A DNA stretch of 32,286 bases from a virus. Lineage: Duplodnaviria; Caudoviricetes. Position 1 is the stretch's first letter; each line of letters starts with the position of its first letter. Of this stretch, positions 23,255-32,286 are shown piece by piece. The DNA lies in the IMG/VR virus record IMGVR_UViG_3300032218_000674, positions 1 through 32,286 of that record; one strand, written 5' to 3'. Under the pieces are notes generated by a model. It was not told the DNA's origin, searched no databases, and saw only the letters and a list, made by a program, of their open reading frames with translations. The translations under genes were made by a program, and so were the position numbers.

Positions 23255-25288
23255 TTAAGCCTCGTACCAGTTGCCAGTCTCGTCTTGTTGCCAATCACCA
23301 GAGCCTGTTCCTGGAGTTGATTTGGAAATATCTGTTCCACCAACAATATTCCCACTTGCGTCAATAGAAATTCCACCGCCTAAATCAAGTCCTTTTCCTG
23401 TGCCCTCAGATAAATAGGTCAAAATCTTTTTACCCATGTCAGACTTTAAAAAAGCCTGTCCAGCAGTGCTTTGGAACAAAGGATTCTTAGACAAGGTATC
23501 CAGAATGTTTGCAACAGGCGCAGCAGCTTGAGATGCTTTCAATAAGTTAGCTGCACCCAAATTGGTAGCGCCAACAGTCTTAGCCAAATCAGTACTTGCC
23601 GCCATTGGAGACATTGCAGCAGTATTAAAGGCGGTCGAAGTTGACAAGTTAGTGTTAAGTGGCTTGTAAGCATCAGACAACAAGTTAACACCAAACAATG
23701 TTTGATTTTGTCCTTGTTGTGTTGCATCAGCAGCCAACTTCAATTGAGCCATAGTACGAGCGTTCATCAAAGCGTTGTACTCAGGATTAGCAGACAACAT
23801 CCCTGGGCCTTGAGCAACCGAAACACCAGTACGACCACCTTGCTGCAACTGGTTCAGCAAACGTGCAGTTTCTGTTTCTTGCGATGGAGCCAACAAAGCG
23901 TTTTGTTTTGCCATCCAAGAAGCAGCCGCTTGTTCAGGGGTTTGACTAATGTAGCCACGAGCCAAGTTCTGAATGTTTGTCAGGTCAGTCAAACTACTGC
24001 CAGAAGCCGTTTTAAGAGCGTTCTGCATAGCAATCATCTCTGGAGTCATGGTAACTCCAGCAGAGGTCAATTCACCAGTTGTGGGATTGATCGTGAAGTT
24101 TGACGTACCAAAGGTGTTAGTGATGCCAACAGGTCTAAATTGAGAGCCAGCAGCAGCATTTTTGTTGGCTTCACTGGCGGTATTAGATGCAGAATATTGT
24201 GATGCACCACTTAACAAACCACCAATTAAAGTGCCAACATCAGAGGCTCCTGGAGTTGTGCCTGTAGTTGAGGTTCCTGTTGTAGATGTATTTCCTGGCA
24301 TAACGGCTTTCGTAATGGCTCCTACTGCAATATTTGTTGCCAATTTATCAACTAAGGGAATTCCAGAGGTGATTTTAGGTAAAACATTTCCACCTACATC
24401 GGTTGCAGGTGTTCCAGTAGTAGTGGTTGATGGTGTAGTTGGCGCTTCTGTAGTAACAGGTGTTTCTGTTGTGGGAACTCCAGTTTCAGGTGGAGGCACA
24501 TTTTCAACAGGAGGATTGGATGGAACAGTCTCAATAGACGTATCAATTGCCGCTGTTGCCGTATTAGGTTGAGTAATAACAGGCGCTTCAGAAACAGACT
24601 TAGCAAAATCAGGATTGAATTGCTCACCAGGAATAGTGGTATCCAATGGAGACATGCTACCAAGTGGATTAGCAATTACGTCACCAGCAGAACTAGCAAT
24701 TGGACTTGAAATAGCACCACCAGCACCTTCTAAGATGCCAGAAGAACCAGAGCCAAGACCGCCAGCACCACCCCAACCTTCGTTAAGAGTGGCAAGATCA
24801 GTTCCGCCGCCAAAGAGTCCAGCACCACCAAGAGCTTGACCACCATAGTAAGCAGCAGCCATCTTTGCGGCATCTTTTAAGAAGCTACCAAAGCCACCGC
24901 CACCAGTCCACTGGTTCATGCCCATAGTGACAGATGGATTACCAGAAGCATCAGGCTTTAGGCTGTAATTCCTTATCAAATTGTTTCCAGTATCAATACT
25001 GAAAGCACCAGGAATCTCCGCACCAGTTTGCTTATTTATAGGACGCTGTTGACCAGTATCAAACTGATAGACAGGCTGCCCATTCTTCATCTGAATTTGG
25101 CTTGCATCAACAGGAACTTGGTTTCCGCTAGGGTCAGTAGCGTAGTAACCAACAATGTTTCCTTCGTTCTGTATTGGTGTTACAGGCGTATCTACAAGGC
25201 TGGTAAACCCAATCTGGCTTTGATCGGTAATACCAACTTGTGCAAGTTTTGCTTGCAGTTCTGGTGGGTAGTTTTTGTCAAAAGCCAT
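23255..25288 (-). CDS. Internal virion/ejection protein (677 aa)
   Basis: Start chosen at MAFDKNYPP just after the upstream stop; Gly-rich and Pro/Thr-rich segments; synteny. Confidence 0.7.
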   Translation of the reverse strand: MAFDKNYPPELQAKLAQVGITDQSQIGFTSLVDTPVTPIQNEGNIVGYYATDPSGNQVPVDASQIQMKNGQPVYQFDTGQQRPINKQTGAEIPGAFSIDTGNNLIRNYSLKPDASGNPSVTMGMNQWTGGGGFGSFLKDAAKMAAAYYGGQALGGAGLFGGGTDLATLNEGWGGAGGLGSGSSGILEGAGGAISSPIASSAGDVIANPLGSMSPLDTTIPGEQFNPDFAKSVSEAPVITQPNTATAAIDTSIETVPSNPPVENVPPPETGVPTTETPVTTEAPTTPSTTTTGTPATDVGGNVLPKITSGIPLVDKLATNIAVGAITKAVMPGNTSTTGTSTTGTTPGASDVGTLIGGLLSGASQYSASNTASEANKNAAAGSQFRPVGITNTFGTSNFTINPTTGELTSAGVTMTPEMIAMQNALKTASGSSLTDLTNIQNLARGYISQTPEQAAASWMAKQNALLAPSQETETARLLNQLQQGGRTGVSVAQGPGMLSANPEYNALMNARTMAQLKLAADATQQGQNQTLFGVNLLSDAYKPLNTNLSTSTAFNTAAMSPMAASTDLAKTVGATNLGAANLLKASQAAAPVANILDTLSKNPLFQSTAGQAFLKSDMGKKILTYLSEGTGKGLDLGGGISIDASGNIVGGTDISKSTPGTGSGDWQQDETGNWYEA

Positions 25289-25289
25289 G

Positions 25290-25565
25290 TTACATAGTAC
25301 CGTTAGAGATGATGTTTCCAATCACCGTCAAGTTACCAGAGGCGTCAATCTTTGCAACTGAAGTGCCGCTAGACTGAATGTACAAAACACCACCAGTCTC
25401 AACAAACCCAAAGTTTGTAAAGTCACCATCAGCCTTTGAAGCAATAGCCGTAGCAATGTTGTCAAACTCAGTGTTGATTTCTGTACCTTTAACAACCTTT
25501 GAAGGGTTGCCATGCGACAGGCTATCTTTTGCTGCAAAGTTGACTGTTTTGGTGTAATTACTCAT
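25290..25565 (-). CDS. Short tail needle/fibre-anchor-like protein (91 aa)
   Basis: Occupies the P22 gp26 position after the tail hub; EINTEFDNIATAIASK coiled segment. Confidence 0.65.
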   Translation of the reverse strand: MSNYTKTVNFAAKDSLSHGNPSKVVKGTEINTEFDNIATAIASKADGDFTNFGFVETGGVLYIQSSGTSVAKIDASGNLTVIGNIISNGTM

Positions 25566-27115
25566 AAGATTTTCCCGTTCTTAGCATGAATTTCAATCTT
25601 CTGGATACTCAGAGCCGATCCATTAATGTCAGCTTCATAGCCTGTTTGTACGATTTTCCCACTTCCAGTAGGGTAAACAGAAAGAATTTGCAACACTTGA
25701 CCATTTGAGTAGTCAGCACCGTAGCTGTACTCACTCTCACCATAGTAAGCAATGCTATTGGATGGAATGATGACGTTCTGCGAGTTAAACCCACCACTGA
25801 AGTCGTAACCCCAAAACACAGACAAATACTGACCATTGCCGCCAATGATCGTTATTTGAATCTTCTTCAAGATAGACGTTACAGATGGATCACCAAAGTC
25901 TTGATGGTTTGTGTAATACTGAAAACGATAGTTGGATGCGTTATCCAAATAACCAGAATACGTAGCTATATACCCTGGTTGACCAATCAACAGAGTTCCA
26001 TCTAACTTTGTGCAATAAGCCGTTGGATTGATGTTGTCCCAAGTTGTTACACGAGCAGCACCATCAGGCAATTGAGCCTTAGTGTCAAAGCAGTATGTGA
26101 TACGTCCAACTGGCAGCGTAATCGCATAGAAAGCATCAATAGGAGAGTGAACAGCCTTGATGTTCTTGTACTCTGTCTCACCAGAAATGTAGGTCAAAAA
26201 CTCATTTCTTACGTTCTTGCTCAACTCACGCAAAGGAGCACTTTTCTCTTGAATCGTGCGTTGCAGACTACGAACACCAGTGCTAGACAAGAAAATGATG
26301 TCAGAACCAGTGTAAGCAATCGAATCTCGTGCAATGCAGCCAATGCCAGTAACCACATCAGACAAGACAAAAGTACTGGCAGACGGGTCTTTTGCACCTG
26401 AATAAATCAGGATGTTTTGCTTACCAAAGATAAACAAGAAGCCGTTATGAGCACCCAATCCCATGACGGTATCGCCACCATTGGGCCACACAGTAGTAGT
26501 GTCCAAAGTACCTGCAATGCCTGTACTCCAGTCAAAAGGCAACTTTGTGTTGCACCACTGAATAGTTACGGTATCAGTACCAGTATTTGCACACCAGATA
26601 CGACCATAGGCACTGATAGCCACGTTAGCTTTTTGCAGAGTACCAGAGTAACCAGTAGACTCGCTAACCCTTCGATACTGAGTTGTAGATACGCTAGGAT
26701 TGAACACAAGCGGGTCGTATGACTCTTGGAACATCACCAAGACACCTGCCAAACTAACCATCTGCCAGTTACTATTGGTAATAGTTGGCGCAGTGCCGCC
26801 ACCACCATAAGTCAACTCAGTCAAAGTGCTGCCAGACAATTTGAACAGTTTATTGTTTCCAGCAGCAATCGTGTAGCTAACGCCAGCAGTTGTAATCAGT
26901 TCGCCAATGACTTTTACATCAGCAGTACCAAGAGCAGCCAAGGTAGAGTGATTAGCAGTCCAGCCCTTACGAGCACCAATACGTCCATACTGGTCGATTA
27001 CAGCATTGTTAGCAATCAGCGCAAACCCACTAGACAAGTCAAGTGACGAGTCTTGAGTGTTCAGGCCAAAAAAGCCTGGTGACGTTATTGGATATGCTTG
27101 TATTCTTTGGCTCAT
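25562..27115 (-). CDS. Tail hub/nozzle protein (P22 gp10 / tail tubular B-like)
   Basis: 517-aa beta-rich protein, FFGLNTQD N-terminus, GIGCIARDSI...IIFLSSTGV; synteny. Confidence 0.8.
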   Translation of the reverse strand: MSQRIQAYPITSPGFFGLNTQDSSLDLSSGFALIANNAVIDQYGRIGARKGWTANHSTLAALGTADVKVIGELITTAGVSYTIAAGNNKLFKLSGSTLTELTYGGGGTAPTITNSNWQMVSLAGVLVMFQESYDPLVFNPSVSTTQYRRVSESTGYSGTLQKANVAISAYGRIWCANTGTDTVTIQWCNTKLPFDWSTGIAGTLDTTTVWPNGGDTVMGLGAHNGFLFIFGKQNILIYSGAKDPSASTFVLSDVVTGIGCIARDSIAYTGSDIIFLSSTGVRSLQRTIQEKSAPLRELSKNVRNEFLTYISGETEYKNIKAVHSPIDAFYAITLPVGRITYCFDTKAQLPDGAARVTTWDNINPTAYCTKLDGTLLIGQPGYIATYSGYLDNASNYRFQYYTNHQDFGDPSVTSILKKIQITIIGGNGQYLSVFWGYDFSGGFNSQNVIIPSNSIAYYGESEYSYGADYSNGQVLQILSVYPTGSGKIVQTGYEADINGSALSIQKIEIHAKNGKIL

Positions 27116-27777
27116 TACACAGCCTCAAAAGCATCATTCTCAGGAGAACGAGCCAGTTCAAGCGACACCAGATCAGACAATGAATTGCGATACATGGCAT
27201 AAGCCTCAGAACTACTCTGACCACCATCTTCGCCACGCTCAATCAATGCACGAGCAAAAGCACCCAAAATAATAGGTTCTTTAGCCAATTTAGTCGTGTC
27301 ACCATCTGAAGAAAAGTCATTTTCAGGGATGACAAGGCTGAATCGAATTGTGTAAGCAGCATCAGGAACAGGCCAAAACTTCACTTGCAAATCACCGTTT
27401 GAATCCACGTTTTGAATCGTGTAGTTCATTGGTTGCGTTTGCATTGGACTTGCAATCGTGTAGTAGAAGTTGTCGTACTGCTCGTGCGACAAAGGCTCTA
27501 AGACGTAGTAACGAGATGTGTTGATAACATCCGTAGTCTTAAAGCGCAAGCCAGAACCAGTAAGGCTATAACCAGCAGAAACGCCTGGTGTAGTGGTTAC
27601 GGTAATGGCTTGGTTAAATGCGTCCCAATCGTAGGCATCAGCTACTTGGCGCTTTGCATCGTTGACAAAAACGCCAACAAGTGCAGAAAGTGTGTTTTCA
27701 TTAACAGTGGTTACATTAGGCTCACGCATCCGTGTGAGTACTTGATTGACCAACTGTAAATAGGTAGGTAGAGCCAT
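27115..27777 (-). CDS. Head-tail adaptor (tail tubular A-like)
   Basis: TYLQLVNQVLTRMRE N-terminus, FWPVPDAAY; synteny. Confidence 0.8.
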   Translation of the reverse strand: MALPTYLQLVNQVLTRMREPNVTTVNENTLSALVGVFVNDAKRQVADAYDWDAFNQAITVTTTPGVSAGYSLTGSGLRFKTTDVINTSRYYVLEPLSHEQYDNFYYTIASPMQTQPMNYTIQNVDSNGDLQVKFWPVPDAAYTIRFSLVIPENDFSSDGDTTKLAKEPIILGAFARALIERGEDGGQSSSEAYAMYRNSLSDLVSLELARSPENDAFEAV

Positions 27778-27864
27778 TTTTCTCTCGCTTTATTCTTTGC
27801 AGAATCACTTTAGCTTTTGCCTTGTGCCCAAATGGGAAAGAAGCTCTACATCTGCATTATAGGG

Positions 27865-28044
27865 TTAATAACCCGACTTTGCCTTCTTTTTGGGCTTAGA
27901 CATACCAGCTTCGCTCATTGCAATAGCAATTGCCTGTTTTTTAGACGTTACAGCAGGGCCAGACTTAGAGCCTGAGTGCAAAGTACCAGCCTTGTACTCT
28001 TTCATCACCTTACCCACTTTAGCCATCTTTTTAGTCGTTGCCAT
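27865..28044 (-). CDS. Small basic protein (DUF6496-like, 59 aa)
   Basis: Hand-translated MATTKKMAKVGKVMKEYKAGTLHSGSKSGPAVTSKKQAIAIAMSEAGMSKPKKKAKSGY; TAAGGA RBS. Confidence 0.8.
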   Translation of the reverse strand: MATTKKMAKVGKVMKEYKAGTLHSGSKSGPAVTSKKQAIAIAMSEAGMSKPKKKAKSGY

Positions 28045-28053
28045 GATATTTCC

Positions 28054-28422
28054 TTACTGAAGGGTCAATTGATACAGGATGTTCTGATACAGGCCAACCA
28101 CTTCGTCAATGACGTTGTGCAGGGCTGATTCAGTGCGAGGGGCGATCTGTTGACGGTTAGATTCAATCCACTCCATCTGATTACGCAAGACATCGGCAAT
28201 CGTGCCTTTGTACTTATTTGCCACCACAGGAATGTCCAAACGGATGTTGTAGCGGCCTTGATACTGTTGAGCAAAGTCATCAGCCAAAGGAATAATGCCA
28301 CTGTAAAACTCCTCAAGAGTCTTATGTTCAGCAAAAGAAAGAGTCTTTAAGTGAACGGTGTGGGCTAGTGTTCGTGCTGAAAACAGCATCCCAACAAACT
28401 CGCCAGCGGTATTATTTGCCAT
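28054..28422 (-). CDS. Ferritin/Dps-like four-helix protein (DUF5856-like)
   Basis: AHTVHL...FAEHKTLEEFY...ADDFAQQYQG pattern resembles the Dps ferroxidase helices. Confidence 0.7.
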   Translation of the reverse strand: MANNTAGEFVGMLFSARTLAHTVHLKTLSFAEHKTLEEFYSGIIPLADDFAQQYQGRYNIRLDIPVVANKYKGTIADVLRNQMEWIESNRQQIAPRTESALHNVIDEVVGLYQNILYQLTLQ

Positions 28423-28424
28423 GA

Positions 28425-28835
28425 TTATTCCTTGGTAATTGGGCCACCAGACTTCCAGGCATCGCATGTCCTAGAGCCAGCACATAAAAAGTGAAATAAC
28501 TCACAAAATCCTAGATTAGCCGCATCCATGAATTGCTGATCGTAGGAAAGTTCTTTTTCGGATTCGTTTGCACTCTCCAAGCCATCTTTAATGCACTTAA
28601 GCATCTTAGGTGTCTGGATAAATGCCGCACAGTTACCACAACGCATGTCTTTGACAGCAGAAGTAGGTGCGTTATACATCTTGGCCTTCTTTAGCCAAAA
28701 CGCATCATTTGCATCATCAGGATTGGGAGGGCCATATCCATACTCTTTAAAAGCATGGTTACGATTCTTTAGGTTAATCGTTACGTCCTGTGTTGCCACT
28801 GGACAAACCTTACCAGATAGCAGTCCGTTTTTCAT
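28425..28835 (-). CDS. Cys-motif protein (HiPIP-like spacing)
   Basis: RCGNCAAF...GFCELFHFLCAGSRTCDAW. Confidence 0.75.
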   Translation of the reverse strand: MKNGLLSGKVCPVATQDVTINLKNRNHAFKEYGYGPPNPDDANDAFWLKKAKMYNAPTSAVKDMRCGNCAAFIQTPKMLKCIKDGLESANESEKELSYDQQFMDAANLGFCELFHFLCAGSRTCDAWKSGGPITKE

Positions 28836-29035
28836 CGCAACACCCTGGTAGCAAAGAATGAAACGATAGCACCAAAACTAGATGCTATTGCCATACCCAT
28901 CCAGAACCCGCCTTTAGACTGGTTCGCCAACTCAAGGAGAGCCTTCACATCTTTGCGAATATCATGCAATTCGCTCTGTAAAGCCTCTACTTGAGCCTCT
29001 AATTTGCCAAATTCTCGTGGGTCAATATCAGACAT
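28832..29035 (-). CDS. Coiled-coil plus C-terminal TM protein (holin/XhlA-like)
   Basis: FGKLEAQVEALQSEL...KGGFWMGMAIASSFGAIVSFF. Confidence 0.7.
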   Translation of the reverse strand: MSDIDPREFGKLEAQVEALQSELHDIRKDVKALLELANQSKGGFWMGMAIASSFGAIVSFFATRVLR

Positions 29036-29236
29036 TTAAGACTTTCGTGGTCTGCCTAGTTTACGAGCAGGAGCCGTTAATGTGATTTGTTTCTTTTCCG
29101 AGTTAAGTTCACTTGGCATCTCATGACCATCTTCATCCAAAAGAACATAACCGTGATGTCCCTTCATGGAGTCAATGTCATGTTGCAGCGTGAACGTAAC
29201 CGTATTACCACTTTGCAAACACTTAAATGTAGCCAT
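29036..29236 (-). CDS. Hypothetical protein with C-terminal GRPRK (AT-hook-like) motif
   Basis: ORF track; follows the capsid terminator. Confidence 0.7.
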   Translation of the reverse strand: MATFKCLQSGNTVTFTLQHDIDSMKGHHGYVLLDEDGHEMPSELNSEKKQITLTAPARKLGRPRKS

Positions 29237-29250
29237 ATTTCACTTCACTT

Positions 29251-29288
29251 AAAAAAAGACCCCCTACCCCCGTTAGAGGGCAGGAGGC
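29251..29288 (-). terminator. Rho-independent terminator after the major capsid gene
   Basis: Minus strand GCCTCCTGCCCTC-TAAC-GGGGGTAGGGGGT, then CTTTTTTT. Confidence 0.85.
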
Positions 29289-29296
29289 AACTGCAA

Positions 29297-30277
29297 TTAT
29301 GCAGGTACAGCCAAGGCAAAAGCCGAGCTAGACTTAGCAGAACCAGTAGAGGCTGCATCACGCATACGGGCAACGCCGTAAAGAGTGTCAGCAGTAAACA
29401 ATGTACCGAGGTACTCTTGCTTGTACTGAGTCTGTGAACGGATAGCCATTTGCTCAACCAGAACCATCGAATCACGATGACCCATCAAAGCAATACGGTC
29501 AGCACCACTGTTACCAGCGCCAAAGTCAGCGTTAGAAGTAACGAACACGGGCATGCCGTACAAGTTACCGATTTCACCGTTGCGGATGGTGTTGCTGTTA
29601 CCAGCTTCGCCCACAAACGCTTGCTCGGTGTAACGGCTCAGGCCCATCAAGGTGTTACGGCTTGAGGGTGGGATAACAAAGAAACGACCGTCCATTGGGG
29701 TGTCGTTGTCATCCAGGCGCTGAATGGTGCGGCGAATAGCAGCATCAGTCAAAGCAGCAGCGTTGGAACTCGTGCTGTTGTAAGCGGTAGTACCGTCAGA
29801 GCCGATGTAGGCTTTGGTGGAGCTTGCGCTAGTGGCGTAGTCGTTAGTGCCGATGGTTGCACCGTTGAAGCCACGACCCAACTGGATCAAGTCCAAGTCA
29901 ACTTGTTTAGCCAAAGCGTAACCAGCGTCATCCGTGTAGAACGAACGCAAAGAGGTCAGAGCTTGGGTTTCAACGATGTCTTCGATCAAGCGGCTATATT
30001 CATAGTGCTTGTTGATCGAGATTTGGATTTCAGACTCAGTGTTAACCAACAGGGTAACAGCGTTAGTTGCGCCTTTGGCAGAAGCAGACGAACGGGTAGG
30101 AGCAGGAACGTGAACGGTGTCACCTTTCTTGCCTTTAAAGCTCATCTTCTTGATGACGTTAGCCATCACCAAGTTCTTGCGGTAGGCGGCAACGATCTCG
30201 TCAGACCAAATTTGTGGGACGAAAGTTGCTGCGGTGGTTTTCGTTACGTTATTTGCGGGGGAAAATGCGGTAGCCAT
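29297..30277 (-). CDS. Major capsid protein (P22 coat-like)
   Basis: FVPQIWSDEI, KGDTVHVP, GYALAKQVD, NGEIGNLYGMPVFVT, ADTLYG; GGAG RBS; follows the scaffold. Confidence 0.9.
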   Translation of the reverse strand: MATAFSPANNVTKTTAATFVPQIWSDEIVAAYRKNLVMANVIKKMSFKGKKGDTVHVPAPTRSSASAKGATNAVTLLVNTESEIQISINKHYEYSRLIEDIVETQALTSLRSFYTDDAGYALAKQVDLDLIQLGRGFNGATIGTNDYATSASSTKAYIGSDGTTAYNSTSSNAAALTDAAIRRTIQRLDDNDTPMDGRFFVIPPSSRNTLMGLSRYTEQAFVGEAGNSNTIRNGEIGNLYGMPVFVTSNADFGAGNSGADRIALMGHRDSMVLVEQMAIRSQTQYKQEYLGTLFTADTLYGVARMRDAASTGSAKSSSAFALAVPA

Positions 30278-30300
30278 GTTGTTTCTCCAAGATTAAAGTT

Positions 30301-31047
30301 TCATTTGACCCGACCTTCTTGATACGCTTGCATGATTTCATCAGACAAAGCCTCATATCTAGCCGGATCAGTCATTTTTAGCCGAATTAGGTCAGCTCGC
30401 CTGTAGACTCGACCTCCTGATTCACCTGTACCACCCACATCAACAGTTGCAGCATTAAGGTTTTGCTTACGAGTAGCTTCTCCAGCCTCTACGTTTCGCT
30501 TTGCCTTGACACCTTTCAACTCTTTGAATGTAGACAACAGTTCGTTAGCCGAATCATAATCGAATTCACCATCTGCACGAGCATATAAACCAAGTCTCAC
30601 AGGTGAAGATTTCACCCAATTAACAAACTCAGGGTCTTGCACAACTTGTGTGAAGTCTGGGTGGTTACTTGCCAGCATCTGTTGAATCTGCATCTTTTTG
30701 AAGTTTTGAGCCGCTTCACGACCCGCTACTACGTCTGGATGATTATCAACCGTCTTACGAATTGCTTTTTGAGGGTCTTCAAAAAAGTCAACTTCAGGTT
30801 CAACCTCAGTATTTTGTGTAACTTTTGAACCAAGATTCTGTTTAATGAGTTCATCAGCAAGTTTGCGAACTTCGCCAACCTCTTGAGCCTGTTTTCCAAT
30901 TAACTTTTCAGCTTCTTGGTGCATCCTGATAATGTCATCAAGATTTTTTCCCTGATATTTCTCAGGAATCTTGGCTTCACTAGCAGCTTGCTTTTGCTCA
31001 ACCGCTTCAATCTCACTACCCATCTCGTCTTCGTTATCAACCAACAT
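30301..31047 (-). CDS. Capsid scaffolding protein
   Basis: IPEKYQGK..DDIIRMHQEAEKLIG, C-terminal EIMQAYQEGRVK; directly upstream of the capsid gene. Confidence 0.8.
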   Translation of the reverse strand: MLVDNEDEMGSEIEAVEQKQAASEAKIPEKYQGKNLDDIIRMHQEAEKLIGKQAQEVGEVRKLADELIKQNLGSKVTQNTEVEPEVDFFEDPQKAIRKTVDNHPDVVAGREAAQNFKKMQIQQMLASNHPDFTQVVQDPEFVNWVKSSPVRLGLYARADGEFDYDSANELLSTFKELKGVKAKRNVEAGEATRKQNLNAATVDVGGTGESGGRVYRRADLIRLKMTDPARYEALSDEIMQAYQEGRVK

Positions 31048-31113
31048 ACTGTATCCTTTTCCTGCCACTTAAGGTTCTAGGAGTTTTCACATGAACTCGA
31101 CACCACATGGTAT

Positions 31114-31341
31114 TTATGAGTTCGCTTTGCGCTCTGCTGCCAGTTTTTCACGGTGTTTGCGGTCAAATTGAGCCGCAGCGCCAGGGAAATGCCCTGACCA
31201 CCCCTCCAAACTAATAGCTGGAGCACTTATTATGCGATGAGATTCCTCACCACATTCGCATTGGACTGTCACTGCCTCATAATCAGTGAGTTTTTCAATG
31301 CGATGCCCGTTCTTACAGGCAAATTCATATATTCGTTTCAT
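31114..31341 (-). CDS. FmdB-like zinc-ribbon protein
   Basis: IYEFACKNGH...VQCECG...RIISAP. Confidence 0.75.
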   Translation of the reverse strand: MKRIYEFACKNGHRIEKLTDYEAVTVQCECGEESHRIISAPAISLEGWSGHFPGAAAQFDRKHREKLAAERKANS

Positions 31342-31570
31342 TTAGTTCCTCGTATGCCTTCTCGCTGACCTGTTTTAAGGTTTGTAGCCAAGTAAACACA
31401 GAAAGTTCGCCTTTTTTGAATTGTAGGTCTTTTTCGTCTTTGATTACAGAAATATTATTCAGTGCTTTTACGATTTCGTCAATGTCATCCAAAAGGTCTT
31501 TCCAACCCTTTGTAGCCATCATGTCAAAACGGCCTTCGTAGTATTTTTGTAACGAATGATCAAGAGGCAT
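31325..31570 (-). CDS. Hypothetical protein (81 aa)
   Basis: ORF track; overlaps both neighbours. Confidence 0.75.
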   Translation of the reverse strand: MPLDHSLQKYYEGRFDMMATKGWKDLLDDIDEIVKALNNISVIKDEKDLQFKKGELSVFTWLQTLKQVSEKAYEELNETNI

Positions 31571-31982
31571 AAGATCTTTCTAGATATTTACAAAGATTTG
31601 TCAAAGTTTTTACGTTGTCTTTTATCAATCCTAATGCTCTGTTGCAGTTTCCGCAAAGAAGTCCTCGGATAGCGCCTGTTTCATGGTTATGATCTACATT
31701 TAGTTTTTTATCTAGCTCGTTTTGATGCAGACCACATCCTAAACAACAAAACAACTGAGATTCAAGCATTTTTTCGTAATCTTCATTTGTTATGCCGTAA
31801 TTTTGTAAAAGCCTTCGATTTCTATTTTTTTCTATTGTTTCAGGTTTTTTTCTGTATTTTTCACGTGCGGCTATGCAAGAAGCATGATTTTTTGTTCTTT
31901 CCTTGCATTCTTCTTTGTTTTTTTCGTAATATGTTTTTGCATATTGCTGACGTTTTTGTTTGATTTTTCCCTCAGGCGTCAT
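31560..31982 (-). CDS. Endonuclease VII-like (His-Me finger) nuclease
   Basis: YGITNEDYEKMLESQ..CCLGC...NVDHNHETGAIRGLLCGNCNRALG. Confidence 0.88.
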   Translation of the reverse strand: MTPEGKIKQKRQQYAKTYYEKNKEECKERTKNHASCIAAREKYRKKPETIEKNRNRRLLQNYGITNEDYEKMLESQLFCCLGCGLHQNELDKKLNVDHNHETGAIRGLLCGNCNRALGLIKDNVKTLTNLCKYLERSYAS

Positions 31983-32196
31983 CAGAAACCTCAGTTACTT
32001 TTGCCTTTAAAGACTGCTCAAGCATATTTGCAAAGGCATTGCGTCCAACCTGAAGTTGATCTACGTTAAACTTGGCAGAGCCTAGTTTACGATCTAAATC
32101 AGCCAAATGGTTGATTAAAATTTGCTGCTCGGGAGTCAAGTCCTCAAACGCATATTCAACATCATCAATGGTAATGGGTGTTTTTGTATTTGCCAT
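31972..32196 (-). CDS. Hypothetical coiled-coil protein (74 aa)
   Basis: ITIDDVEYAFEDLTPEQ...; ORF track. Confidence 0.75.
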   Translation of the reverse strand: MANTKTPITIDDVEYAFEDLTPEQQILINHLADLDRKLGSAKFNVDQLQVGRNAFANMLEQSLKAKVTEVSDDA

Positions 32197-32237
32197 TATC
32201 GTCTTTCAAAGTCCACCATCAAAGGCTGGTGGGTTGC

Positions 32238-32285
32238 CTATAAAACTTCTGCCGCCCGAGCTTCAACTTCCATCGGATTATCGTG
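32238..32285 (-). CDS. C-terminal end of a gene entering the window
   Basis: Reads HDNPMEVEARAAEVL-stop; followed by a CCACCA/TGGTGG hairpin at ~32213-32232. Confidence 0.5.
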   Translation of the reverse strand, partial: HDNPMEVEARAAEVL

Positions 32286-32286
32286 G

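Noticed and set aside
1-32286. Integrase, diversity-generating retroelement, intron/intein or stop-codon recoding
   Set aside because: No recombinase or reverse transcriptase motifs seen, core genes have normal lengths, and TAA, TAG and TGA all end genes at sensible boundaries.
1-32286. Complete circular genome
   Set aside because: The two ends share no visible overlap and fall in different-looking genes, so a segment is missing.

Overview
The window is most of the genome of a P22-like podovirus (Caudoviricetes) infecting a Gram-negative host. It is cut inside a fibre gene at the left end and inside a small gene at the right end. The minus-strand late region carries terS-terL-portal and a collagen-containing fibre at the left. 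At the right it carries scaffold, major capsid, tail adaptor, tail hub, a needle-like protein, three probable ejection proteins, and an extended lysis cassette with embedded Rz/Rz1 and a GH19 endolysin. The middle holds short early ORFs (+), a DNA-metabolism operon (-: MazG-like, HNH, replication-initiator-like domain, PAPS-reductase-like, C5 methyltransferase-like, RuvC-like) and a recombination operon (+: Sak/DUF1071-like, YqaJ exonuclease, SSB-like). No integrase, CI-type repressor, DNA polymerase, primase or helicase is recognisable. The most striking signal is non-coding, with three separate structured-RNA candidates: (1) a C4/CI-type antisense RNA with its own upstream target hairpin (13352-13505); (2) a promoter-driven multi-hairpin RNA of about 230 nt beside terS (6849-7073); (3) a 66-nt hairpin with a loop-E motif, ending in ACCA, after the SSB-like gene (17014-17079). 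There is also a repeated TAGGG-W4-CCCTA palindrome at several promoters, an IHF plus sigma54-like arrangement, and start-associated repeats between the early genes. All calls come from reading the sequence by eye; no database search or folding program was run.
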